NCBI GenBank assembly: GCA_963657885.1
Contig: CAVKNZ010000002.1
Coordinates: 3,775 to 67,774 of the forward strand
Direction: 5' to 3'
Length of the DNA stretch: 64,000 bases
DNA from: Bacteroidaceae bacterium
GTDB taxonomy: Bacteria > Bacillota_I > Bacilli_A > RFN20 > CAG-826
Below, in pieces: positions 9,114-18,642 of this stretch (its first letter is position 1; every line of letters begins with the position of its first letter). Under the pieces are notes generated by a model. That model worked only from the letters and a program-made list of their open reading frames with translations. It did not search any database and was not told the DNA's origin. The position numbers and the translations under genes were made by a program.

Positions 9114-9633
9114 AATTACGGGTGGAGCATTCCGCTCTCGCTTAATAAAAACTCCAAATAGCGATAGAACTAAACCGACGATGGATAAGGTTCGTTCTGC
9201 GGTTTTTTCCTCTATTTCTGACTCTACTATTAACGCAGATGTTCTTGATTTATTTGCTGGCTCTGGAAGCTATGGCATCGAAGCTTTGTCTCGTGGCGCT
9301 AGAAGCGCGACATTTGTCGATAAAGGATTGATACAAATTAAAACGATTATCGATAATTTAAAAACTTTAAAGATTGAAGGCAAAGTGATTAAAAGCGATG
9401 CTTTTTTATTCTTAAGAGATTGTAAAGATATGTTTGATATTATCTTTATTGATCCACCTTATAAAGAAATTGATTATAACCTCTTATTAGATGCAGTGTA
9501 TATGGCAAACATCTTAAAAGAGAATGGTATAATTGTTTTAGAAAGCGAGGATGATCTCTCTTTTAATAATAAAAAGATAAATAATATAAAGAAATATAGA
9601 TACGGTTTAGCTAAAATCTATATATTGAGGTAG
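9106..9633 (+). CDS. rsmD: 16S rRNA (guanine966-N2)-methyltransferase
   Basis: SAM motif DLFAGSGSYGIEALSRGA and DPPY motif. ATG 9106 preceded by GAGG. Confidence 0.85.
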   Translation: MIRITGGAFRSRLIKTPNSDRTKPTMDKVRSAVFSSISDSTINADVLDLFAGSGSYGIEALSRGARSATFVDKGLIQIKTIIDNLKTLKIEGKVIKSDAFLFLRDCKDMFDIIFIDPPYKEIDYNLLLDAVYMANILKENGIIVLESEDDLSFNNKKINNIKKYRYGLAKIYILR

Positions 9634-9636
9634 CAA

Positions 9637-10110
9637 ATGAAAATAGCAATATATCCTGGAAGTTTTGATCCAATAACAAATGGACACCTAGATGTTCTTT
9701 CTAGAGCAAGCAAAGTATTTGATAAGGTTATTGTTTTGGTAGCTGATAATAGCGAAAAAAAGTATATTTTCTCATCTTCTGAAAGAGTAGAAATGATAAA
9801 AGAGGCAATAGCAGCTTTTGATAATGTTAGCGTTGATTCAACATCAGGTTTGACAGTTAAATACGCAAAAGATGTCGGCGCTTGTTGCCTTATTCGTGGT
9901 TTAAGAGCAGTTACAGATTTTGAATACGAACTTAAATTAGCTGCGGCCAATCGTTTCGTCGATAAAAACATCGATGAAGTGTTTTTTATGGCAAGTCCTG
10001 AGCATAGCTTTATTTCTTCATCTATGGTTAATGAACTCTTTTATAGCGGTGTTGATATCGCTAAACTCGTCCCTCCATCTGTTATTAAGATGTATCAAAA
10101 TAAGAAATAA
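9637..10110 (+). CDS. coaD: pantetheine-phosphate adenylyltransferase
   Basis: 157 aa. PGSFDPITNGHLD nucleotidyltransferase motif. Confidence 0.95.
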   Translation: MKIAIYPGSFDPITNGHLDVLSRASKVFDKVIVLVADNSEKKYIFSSSERVEMIKEAIAAFDNVSVDSTSGLTVKYAKDVGACCLIRGLRAVTDFEYELKLAAANRFVDKNIDEVFFMASPEHSFISSSMVNELFYSGVDIAKLVPPSVIKMYQNKK

Positions 10111-10119
10111 GGTAATTAA

Positions 10120-10149
10120 AAAACGCGAGTCGATTGTGACCGCGTTTTT
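10120..10149. terminator. bidirectional rho-independent terminator
   Basis: ACGCG-A-GTC / GAC-CGCGT hairpin flanked by an A-run and a T-run, between convergent coaD and the 10168-10935 gene. Confidence 0.7.
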
Positions 10150-10167
10150 ACATAGTTTTATATTAGA

Positions 10168-10935
10168 TTATTTACTTTCGAAGTCCCCTTCGTGGTTCCA
10201 ACAATCAAGGAGAAGTTGAGCTTTTTCGTAATCGTTATCGCCGGTGACACCGAACATCATTTCGCTAACACCTCTAATAGGAGAATTGTCTGTAAAGTCA
10301 ACTAACATGATAGTTGGTGTTAAGAAATCATCAGGATCACATTGTTCAACGTTTACGATATCGGAATCGCTTATTTTGCCATTGATGTAGTATTCAGTGT
10401 TATAAGCATTTCCAGCAGCTTCTTCAAAGAAGTTAGAATTTCTGTCCATGTATTTGACAAACGCAGTAGTGCTACTTGAAGTATCACTGGTAACTTCATC
10501 AGAGAAAATTGTATACATCTTAAATGGAAGTTTATCGTTTGGTTGAAGCTTACTAGAAAAATTATCTTCTAAAGTTGCAAAGCCATTTTTGGCTTCTTTG
10601 CATGATGAGCAATCTTCGCCGACAAATACAAGGAAGAATTTTTCACCATATACGCTTGTAGCGCTAGAATCATTTGCCACATCAACAATATCTTTAGTTA
10701 TTTTATCGGCATCACTATCCGACCCACCTACAAGAGATTTTTGGAAGCGGTGATAATAAGCTTCGCTTGATGACATATTGTCGTTTAAATCTTTAATTCC
10801 ATTGACAATTGATGGAATAGAAAATATAACACCGAAGATAATGCCGACGATGAGAAGAGGTTGAACCCAAGCTGTTTCTTTGATCCAACGCCATATTTTT
10901 GTAAAGAATGCACCGATACTTTGTAAAACTACCAT
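10168..10935 (-). CDS. membrane-anchored thioredoxin-fold protein (CxxC)
   Basis: 255 aa. N-terminal TM helix, FFLVFVGEDCSSCKEAK and a downstream TPTIMLVDF (cis-Pro loop). AGGAGGA SD. Confidence 0.6.
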   Translation of the reverse strand: MVVLQSIGAFFTKIWRWIKETAWVQPLLIVGIIFGVIFSIPSIVNGIKDLNDNMSSSEAYYHRFQKSLVGGSDSDADKITKDIVDVANDSSATSVYGEKFFLVFVGEDCSSCKEAKNGFATLEDNFSSKLQPNDKLPFKMYTIFSDEVTSDTSSSTTAFVKYMDRNSNFFEEAAGNAYNTEYYINGKISDSDIVNVEQCDPDDFLTPTIMLVDFTDNSPIRGVSEMMFGVTGDNDYEKAQLLLDCWNHEGDFESK

Positions 10936-11543
10936 TTTCCTATCCTCCTAAGGAGATATGCGAGTAAGATTTTAACACTATATAAATATAGTTTCAATAA
11001 TGGAATTTCGCTTTTGGACAACGCCAATCGAAATTACTCGAACATTATAAATAATTTTATTTATTCGTGCATCAGAAAATTTGTAATTTTGCTCATAAAT
11101 TTGTGACCGCCACCTAATAAGAGCATGTAAACCTAAGCTTTATGTCGTGTCAAAAGGGAATTATCATTCTAGTTTTAATCAAAAAAGCAGTTTTTACTAT
11201 TTCAGCTTTTAGAAACTTTTTGTTTTAATGCTGAGCCAATAAAATGCAATCTTTTTTTCTTTGATAATCGCCTTTTTTCTATTAATAACTGTTAATAATT
11301 ATAAAAAATCTATTAGTAGAGTTCTTCATGCAATTAGTGCTCGTTCAAATTGCTTCTTTTCAAAATTCTCCTTGAATATCGCAAAAAAAGACTTGATTTC
11401 ATCGAAATAAGACAAAATGTTCTCGTAATAAGAGAGTTGATTAATTTATCTCTTATTTATAGAGTTCTCTACTCTTTTTTACTAAAATTTGTATTTATTT
11501 CATTCGTCGATAACATAGTTATGCTTTTAAAAAGGAGAACACA

Positions 11544-14500
11544 ATGAAAAACAAAAAATTTCTAACTGTTTGTTTATTATCAATTACTGCTTCCACACTC
11601 AGTGGTTGTGGTGGGGCTTCGATTCCTGATGTCAGCGATGGCAAGGATACGATTGTAGATCAATTAAAAGGAAAGCCTGATGAGAATGATGCTAAAAATG
11701 TTGTCTTTGCTACTCTTGGAAAACTAAATACTTATCAAACTTATACCAAAACTAGCGAAAATCATGTCACTGCTTCGAAAGGTTTCATCAATTATAATCA
11801 AGATTCGAATGCAACTATGATTAGAAATGGTGATGAATACTATGTTGATTCCGTTTCGAAATCAGCTTTCGTGGATATGCAACATATTGCTTTAACTAAA
11901 AATAATAAGGTTGCTTATCATAATAAAGATGGTGAAATAAAAAACGCTAATTACGATGATTACCATTCTGTTTATGGAGTTACTCCAGATAAACTTCTCA
12001 GCGGACAAATCTTCAATCAAGAAACTATTCTTTTAGCTTCTTTAACTGAGACAAGTGACAATAAATACACATATAAGTTGGTTTTGGATAAAACAAAAGC
12101 TAACGATTTAATTGCTCATCAGACCCAAATGTTTGGTGGCTTAAATGGACTTCCAACTTATTTAGACAACACTGAGTTTGATCTCGTAATTGATGATACG
12201 TATACTCCTATTTCTTACACATATAAGGCTAAATATACAATTTCAATTAATGTTTTAGGTGACTTAACTTGTGAAGAAACATGCTCTGCGACTTTTGATA
12301 AGTTCAATGAAACAGTTGAGATTCCTGATAGTGATTCACTAAATGAAGCGATTAACGAAACCCCAACAAAGATTGATGTTATCACTCCTGAAACGAAAGA
12401 TGAAAATTTAACAGCAATTGTTAATGCTTTACTTAATTTTGATTTTAATAATGGTGTTTCACTAAATGGTGTTGCTGGAATTAATGATTACAAGCTTCCA
12501 TTAAAAATCTCTACTAAAGTTGATGTGGATTCTTTATTAAAAGATGGATTAGACAAAGCCCTATCTGATATCGACTTTTCTTTAGAAATCAATTTACCAT
12601 TAGGTGTAACTAAAGTTAGTTATCACGATAATGCATTCTATGTTGATGCCTTTGGTAATCAAACCAAATTTTCTGTTCGTGATGAAATCGATACCGATTT
12701 TGATTTTGCTACAGAAGGCTTATTCTCATTCTCTAAAGATGGAAATGCTTACATTATCTCGCTTTCTCCACTTGTTAAATCAGTGTTATTTGATTACTTA
12801 GTTTCTATAAATCTATTTGATGAAAATGATTCTGAAAATTTTGTCTCTCAAATTGAATTCTATATTGTTGACGGAACGCTCGGCTCAATTAAAGGAGAAT
12901 TTGGCGTTAAAAATAGCAAATCCGCTAAATTTGATTTCACAATTGGTAACGAAGCTTATGTTAGCCCAATTTATGATGATTACTCTTCGACCTTGTCAAT
13001 TGTTTCTAAGGGTTCAACATCGTTATTTTGCGAACTTGTAAGCGGAAAACAATTTACACTACCTTACGAGATTGCATTTGCATATGATGATAATGCTTCT
13101 TCATTTATTGATGGTTTAAGTTTCGATTTAACAACATCTATTGCACAATTGTCATCATTGATGTCTATTATCAAATCAATGATTCCTGGAGCTGATATTC
13201 CCGATATTATTACTGTTCTTCCAACTTGCAAAAATGTTTCTATATCATTAAGAAGTGGTAAATTTTATCTAAGTGGGTATGACGTTGCGGATAATGGGGA
13301 TTATTGTTTCAAAGTTCTTAAGGAAATAAGCTTATCTTCAAGTTTAAACATATCTTTAAGTGACAAAGCCAAGGAACTTATTGGCTTAGTATTTGCTCGT
13401 GCCTTTTCATATGGACTAACTTCCTGTGTTCTTGCTGATCAAATATTCTACAAATTAGTGGAATTGTTTGTTGATATTGATAACAGCGCCTCAATTGGAA
13501 TAGCTCCTGGATTATTTAATTATTTTGGCTTTAATCGTCCAATCAAGGCTCAACAAATTAGCAAAGAAGAAGATGGTATTCACATTAATGTTGTTGGTTA
13601 TGATTTGAATTCAAAAACTATTTATAATCCCGCTTTAGCTTCTACTTATAGCACAATTATTGTATTTGATTTTATAATCTCCAATAATAGTGAACTCACT
13701 ACATCTAGTGAAAAACTAACAAATTTATTAACTAACGACAATCTTTCACTTGCTTCTTCAATAGATGTCTTAGTTTCGGAATATAAGTTCTTGAGCAATA
13801 AGGATAATTACTCTATTGACGATGACTATCTTGCTAGAGTCGATAGTCTTGAATCATCATTTAAAAAATTAACTATTGATGAGGAAGGGAATGAAATCGA
13901 AAAAGCTACTTTCTATGCTTCTTCTTATGGTTTAACGCTTAAAAATATCACATCTTTAAAAACCACGCTCACCAATTCTAAACAAGCGGTTTTAGACTTT
14001 GTCGATGCGTTAAATGGTGAATCGCCTGACGCAAAAACTTTAGAGACTTCATACAAGAAATTTGCTACATATCAAATCACATATTTAAAAGAGAATTATA
14101 ACGAAGCCTTCGAAAGTTATTACAATTTAGATAAGACTTATAATGAGAGTAAGATTCAAAGCACTGTTGATAAGATAGTTGCTTTAGAAGATGTCGATTT
14201 ATCTTCCTATACTGAAGCACAAATTAAAACACAATGGAAAACATTGGCTACTATTAAAAAGGAAGTTGATGCATATCTTGATGGCTTTATTGATGAAGAA
14301 TATATTTCAAAAGTAGATAAATATATGAGTAAAACAGCAGATGCTTATGCTCAGCTTAAACTTAATACATATAGCCTAGAAGTAGTTGATTTAGAAACTC
14401 TTAGTGGCGAGGATTTATGCAATAAAATTTATTATTTAAACACTTTTAAAACTACCAAATTAAATTCTTATGTTGTATTTGATTATGTTAGTGAGGAAAT

Positions 14501-15002
14501 GGCTGCGAAATACAATCAATGTTTGAATGACATGGTTGATTATTATCTAGGAATCGCTTTGCCATTATACGAAGAAGATGTAAATGCTATATTATCTTTA
14601 AATGAAAATGATTCAGTTGATAAATTTGTAGAAGTTTATACAAAGGCTTCAAATGATTTCGCTAATTATTTCAAAAAGTTCAATGGCGTTTCTTATGCAT
14701 CATTATTTGGTGATAAGTTCAACGATTTCTATTCCAAATGCACTATTTTCTATATCTTAGCTGCCAACGCAAGTTATAGATGTATAGGTGGTTATCGCTA
14801 TGCTGTATTTGCAATCGAAAAACAAATCGATGCTTTAGTTAATAAAATCGAAACTGAACAATTAACTGATGATCAAATTAAAGAAAACGAAGAAATTAAA
14901 ACTGCTGTTGAAAGCATTGATGCATTAAGAGAAATCATCAAGTTAGATAGTTGTATCTCTAATTTAGACAAACTTACTGCGATTGAAATAAAATTAGCTT
15001 AG
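11544..15002 (+). CDS. large surface lipoprotein of unknown function
   Basis: 1152 aa. Signal peptide plus lipobox (MKNKKFLTVCLLSITASTLSG-C), AAGGAG SD. No catalytic motif recognised. Confidence 0.8.
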   Translation: MKNKKFLTVCLLSITASTLSGCGGASIPDVSDGKDTIVDQLKGKPDENDAKNVVFATLGKLNTYQTYTKTSENHVTASKGFINYNQDSNATMIRNGDEYYVDSVSKSAFVDMQHIALTKNNKVAYHNKDGEIKNANYDDYHSVYGVTPDKLLSGQIFNQETILLASLTETSDNKYTYKLVLDKTKANDLIAHQTQMFGGLNGLPTYLDNTEFDLVIDDTYTPISYTYKAKYTISINVLGDLTCEETCSATFDKFNETVEIPDSDSLNEAINETPTKIDVITPETKDENLTAIVNALLNFDFNNGVSLNGVAGINDYKLPLKISTKVDVDSLLKDGLDKALSDIDFSLEINLPLGVTKVSYHDNAFYVDAFGNQTKFSVRDEIDTDFDFATEGLFSFSKDGNAYIISLSPLVKSVLFDYLVSINLFDENDSENFVSQIEFYIVDGTLGSIKGEFGVKNSKSAKFDFTIGNEAYVSPIYDDYSSTLSIVSKGSTSLFCELVSGKQFTLPYEIAFAYDDNASSFIDGLSFDLTTSIAQLSSLMSIIKSMIPGADIPDIITVLPTCKNVSISLRSGKFYLSGYDVADNGDYCFKVLKEISLSSSLNISLSDKAKELIGLVFARAFSYGLTSCVLADQIFYKLVELFVDIDNSASIGIAPGLFNYFGFNRPIKAQQISKEEDGIHINVVGYDLNSKTIYNPALASTYSTIIVFDFIISNNSELTTSSEKLTNLLTNDNLSLASSIDVLVSEYKFLSNKDNYSIDDDYLARVDSLESSFKKLTIDEEGNEIEKATFYASSYGLTLKNITSLKTTLTNSKQAVLDFVDALNGESPDAKTLETSYKKFATYQITYLKENYNEAFESYYNLDKTYNESKIQSTVDKIVALEDVDLSSYTEAQIKTQWKTLATIKKEVDAYLDGFIDEEYISKVDKYMSKTADAYAQLKLNTYSLEVVDLETLSGEDLCNKIYYLNTFKTTKLNSYVVFDYVSEEMAAKYNQCLNDMVDYYLGIALPLYEEDVNAILSLNENDSVDKFVEVYTKASNDFANYFKKFNGVSYASLFGDKFNDFYSKCTIFYILAANASYRCIGGYRYAVFAIEKQIDALVNKIETEQLTDDQIKENEEIKTAVESIDALREIIKLDSCISNLDKLTAIEIKLA

Positions 15003-15036
15003 CTAATACTTCAATCATTTGTTAATTTCCTTTCTT

Positions 15037-15061
15037 AAAACCAGGTCGCTCCTGGTTTTTT
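15037..15061 (+). terminator. rho-independent terminator of the lipoprotein gene
   Basis: AAAACCAGG-tcgct-CCTGGTTTTTT. Confidence 0.8.
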
Positions 15062-15207
15062 GAATTGCTGAAGAAGAATTACTTAATGTAAGAATGAAAT
15101 GATAATGTTGTTTATAGATATGAAACACGTTGAAAATAATTTCATCGAAATAAATTTAGGCAAATTGTTTTTAATCGAAAGCATTCGATAAATAAGAACC
15201 TTTAAAT

Positions 15208-15230
15208 AAAAAAACGGCTTTGAATCCGTT
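15208..15230 (-). terminator. terminator of tRNA-Ser(CGA)
   Basis: Minus strand: AACGG-attcaaag-CCGTT followed by a U-run. Confidence 0.5.
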
Positions 15231-15240
15231 AAACATTTTG

Positions 15241-15332
15241 TGGCGGAGGATTAGAGATTCGAACTCTAGCTGAGCCGTTGGCCCACTATCGGTTTTCGAA
15301 ACCGACCCCTTCAACCGCTTGGGTAATCCTCC
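15241..15332 (-). tRNA. tRNA-Ser (anticodon CGA)
   Basis: 92-nt cloverleaf on the minus strand. Acceptor GGAGGAT/ATCCTCC, anticodon stem TCGGT/ACCGA with loop TTCGAAA, long variable arm, encoded CCA. Confidence 0.9.
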
Positions 15333-15438
15333 ACGTGAGAGTTATTATATCATAACTTTTAGCTATTCAATCTTTTTCTAGATAAAGCGATTTATTGCTT
15401 TATATCCTTCTTTGCTTCGTTGTATTTATAAATTAAAA

Positions 15439-17178
15439 ATGTATAATTTAATCGTGTTTTTACTAAAGGTTTTTGATTTATCAACTTTATTACTTACTAT
15501 CGGCATTACTTTGTCATCTTTGGTTTTGATTGCTTTAGTGATTGTTATCATCGTTGTTTATAACAAACAATATAAATTCGAGAGCCTTTTAAAAGATTCA
15601 TCTAACTCGATAAGAATTTATATCCTCGATTTAGCTAATGATAAAGTTAACTTTTTTAATAGAAGCAATCTTAGAAAACGTTACACAATCCCGATGGTGG
15701 AATTTTATAACCATTTTCAAGAAGATGAACGTGAAGATTTGATCTCTTGGATTCACGATTTAATTGACAAAGAAAAAGAAACGACGAATTTTAAAGAAGT
15801 TCATGTTATCACTAAATACCGTAAATCGAATTTCTATTCGCTACTACAAATTGAAAAAGTAAATTATCGTAAGCAGCTCATTTATATGAATAGCTTCCTT
15901 ATTAAACCTAGCACTTATAAAAAGAGCAATGTTAAGGACAATTCCTATAAATTTTCTTCACAAGAAGCTTTTAATAAGATTGTTTCTTCATATTCTAAAG
16001 GTGCTACATTCGCTTTTAATTTCTATGATAAAAGGAACAAAGAAGAAGAAATATCTCGCCTTATTTATCTACAATTTGTAAACATTTTTAATAACTATAT
16101 AACCAATAGCCGTCCAATGATTGAATATGGGACGCATCAAATTGTCGTTTCTGAATTGCATTCTTATTCAAAGCAGCAACTACTTCAATTGATAGTTTCA
16201 ATTAAAAGCGATATTAACACTTATTTAATGATTTCTTCTTTACAAGATAAGATTGGCTACACTATCGGAGTTGCAGAGAATAAATACTTTGTTCGTGAAA
16301 CTGAAAAATTAGTAAATACAGTTCTTGCTCTTGCTTCGACTGCCTTAGAAGATGAAGAAGAAATGCTAATTTATGAAAAAGGAAGAAAACTAGAAGGCAA
16401 CGATCAAGAAGATTATCGAACCGAAGTTGAACGCATCATTCGCGATAAAAGAATTAAATATCTATTTAGACCTATCATCAATTTGGAGAAGTGTAGCATC
16501 ATGGGCTATCAATCCTTTGCAGAGCCTGAAGATAGTTTCTTTATGAATATAAAAGAATTAAAAAATTATGCTTTAAGAACAGAAGATGATAGAACGTTGT
16601 TCGCTACGATTGCTAGAAACACTATTACGCGATTTGCTTTAGAAAAAGATGGTGATACTGTTCGCTTATTTTTCAATTTAAATAATCTAGAAAAGAATTA
16701 TGTCAATCGAACTCTTTCCCACATTCAAAATATTAAAGATATCCATATTGTCTTAGTTTATAGCGAAGATGAACTAGTGGATTTACCAGAAAACGGTGAT
16801 GATGATCTGGTAAATGAAATTAGAATGTTTAAATCGCGAGGATATGAAATTGCTTTAGAAATTTCCGATAACGATTTAACTTTGTCTTCAATTATTTATG
16901 GGGCTTTCGATTTCTTTATGGTTGATGTTAACACCAATTTGAAGATTGGTAGCAAATACTCGCAACGCAATTTATATAATTTTAGAGGACTTGTGGAAAA
17001 ACTGCTTAAATATCATCGACCGATCATCGCTTTGGATGTTCCAAGCTGGGACAGCGTTGAACTCATTGATAAGTTAGGAATTAATTACATTTCTAGCGAT
17101 GTCGTTTCTATGAAAAGCGAAAATGTTTTGCCGATTCCTACAAAAAGTGCAATTAGGATTAAAAATATTAAAAAATAA
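15439..17178 (+). CDS. TM-anchored signalling-type protein with degenerate GGDEF-like and EAL-like domains
   Basis: N-terminal TM helix. The C-terminal 250 aa follow EAL order (FRPI, GYQSFAE, FNLN, ALEISDND, FFMVDVN) with most catalytic residues replaced. Start uncertain: ATG 15439 versus TTG 15412. Confidence 0.55.
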   Translation: MYNLIVFLLKVFDLSTLLLTIGITLSSLVLIALVIVIIVVYNKQYKFESLLKDSSNSIRIYILDLANDKVNFFNRSNLRKRYTIPMVEFYNHFQEDEREDLISWIHDLIDKEKETTNFKEVHVITKYRKSNFYSLLQIEKVNYRKQLIYMNSFLIKPSTYKKSNVKDNSYKFSSQEAFNKIVSSYSKGATFAFNFYDKRNKEEEISRLIYLQFVNIFNNYITNSRPMIEYGTHQIVVSELHSYSKQQLLQLIVSIKSDINTYLMISSLQDKIGYTIGVAENKYFVRETEKLVNTVLALASTALEDEEEMLIYEKGRKLEGNDQEDYRTEVERIIRDKRIKYLFRPIINLEKCSIMGYQSFAEPEDSFFMNIKELKNYALRTEDDRTLFATIARNTITRFALEKDGDTVRLFFNLNNLEKNYVNRTLSHIQNIKDIHIVLVYSEDELVDLPENGDDDLVNEIRMFKSRGYEIALEISDNDLTLSSIIYGAFDFFMVDVNTNLKIGSKYSQRNLYNFRGLVEKLLKYHRPIIALDVPSWDSVELIDKLGINYISSDVVSMKSENVLPIPTKSAIRIKNIKK

Positions 17179-17214
17179 GATTAAAATATCTTATTTGGAA
17201 ATAGAGGTTATTTT

Positions 17215-18642
17215 ATGGACAACAAAAATGAAGCAATTACTAGACAAGAAGATGACTTTGCTCAATGGTACACTGATGTGTGCTTAAAAGCTGAGCTCAT
17301 GGATTATTCTTCTGTTAAAGGATTTATTATTTATCGACCTTATGGCTATGCAATTTGGGAAAATATTCAAAAATGCATCGATGAAAAGTTTAAACATAAT
17401 GGCGTAGAAAATGTCTACATGCCTTTAGTTATTCCTTCTTCCTTATTTTTGAAAGAAAAAGAACACGTTGAAGGCTTTGCTCCAGAAGTTTTAGTGGCCA
17501 CGAAAGGCGGAAAGAATGAGCTTGATGATGAACTTATCATTCGTCCCACAAGCGAGACTCTTTTCTGTGATCATTTCTCTAAAGTCATCAAATCCTACCG
17601 CGATTTACCTTTAAGATATAACCAATGGTGTTCAGTTGTCCGTTGGGAGAAGACAACTCGTCCATTTTTAAGAGGAAGCGAATTCCTTTGGCAAGAAGGT
17701 CATACTATGTATGAAACTGAAGAGGAAGGAAGAAAAGACGCTTTGAGGATGCTTGAAGTTTACGATGAAGTTGGTCGCGATTTATTAGCCATTCCTTTTG
17801 TTAAAGGCATTAAAACTGATAAAGAAAAATTTGCCGGCGCTTTAGAAACTTATTCCATCGAAGCCTTGATGCCAGATGGCAAAGCTCTACAAAGCGGAAC
17901 AACTCATTTCTTCGGCGATGGTTTTGCTAAAGCGTTTGGCATTTCTTACTTAGGAAGAGATAACAAATTGCACACTCCATTTCAGACAAGCTTTGGAGCT
18001 TCAACTCGTCTAATTGGCGCCTTAATTATGGTTCATGGCGATGACAATGGTTTAGTCTTGCCTCCTTATGTCGCGCCTAATCAAGTTGTCATCATCCCTA
18101 TTCAGATGAAAAATCCTGATGTGCTTAAGAAAGCAAAAATGTATTATGAATTATTAAAGAAAAATGGCATTCGTGTCAAGCTTGATGATTCTGATCACAC
18201 ACCTGGATGGAAATATTCTGAATACGAAATGAAAGGTGTGCCTCTTCGCTTAGAGGTTGGACCTCGTGATTTAGCTAATGGGGTTGTTGTTTTAGCTAAA
18301 CGAAACACCGGTGAAAAAATAACTGTTAAGGAAGATGAACTTGTTAATAAAGTAAATTCTTTATTAAGCGATATTCATACCGAGATGTATCAAAAAGCTT
18401 ATCGATATCTTTTAGATCATACAACAGAAGCTCATTCTCTAGATGAATTAAAAGCTATTTTAGACCGTGGAGGTTACGCGAAAGTCATGTGGTGCGGTGA
18501 TGAAGCTTGCGAAAACAAAATTAAAGAATTATATCAAGCGACTGCAAGATGCATTCCTTTTGCTCAAGAAGCTTTTGAAGACAATTGCTTAGTGTGTGGC
18601 AAAAAAGCAAAGAAAATGGTCTTCTTTGCTAGAGCTTATTAA
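17215..18642 (+). CDS. proS: proline--tRNA ligase (short archaeal/eukaryote-like type)
   Basis: 475 aa. Class II core without a bacterial editing insertion, C-terminal Cys cluster CGDEAC...CLVCGKKA. AGAGG SD. Confidence 0.9.
   Translation: MDNKNEAITRQEDDFAQWYTDVCLKAELMDYSSVKGFIIYRPYGYAIWENIQKCIDEKFKHNGVENVYMPLVIPSSLFLKEKEHVEGFAPEVLVATKGGKNELDDELIIRPTSETLFCDHFSKVIKSYRDLPLRYNQWCSVVRWEKTTRPFLRGSEFLWQEGHTMYETEEEGRKDALRMLEVYDEVGRDLLAIPFVKGIKTDKEKFAGALETYSIEALMPDGKALQSGTTHFFGDGFAKAFGISYLGRDNKLHTPFQTSFGASTRLIGALIMVHGDDNGLVLPPYVAPNQVVIIPIQMKNPDVLKKAKMYYELLKKNGIRVKLDDSDHTPGWKYSEYEMKGVPLRLEVGPRDLANGVVVLAKRNTGEKITVKEDELVNKVNSLLSDIHTEMYQKAYRYLLDHTTEAHSLDELKAILDRGGYAKVMWCGDEACENKIKELYQATARCIPFAQEAFEDNCLVCGKKAKKMVFFARAY

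Noticed and set aside
11394-11408. Exact 15-mer ATTTCATCGAAATAA present on both flanks of the lipoprotein gene (also at 15139-15153), considered as possible insertion-site direct repeats.
   Set aside because: My rough estimate for an A/T-dominated 15-mer in 64 kb gives several such matches by chance. No further similarity extends from either copy, and no recombinase is nearby.
11350-11547. A 65-aa ORF in the long spacer upstream of the large lipoprotein.
   Set aside because: It is TTG-initiated with no SD. Its end overlaps the SD and start codon of the lipoprotein gene, and its Leu/Ile/Phe/Lys-rich composition is what AT-rich non-coding DNA yields.
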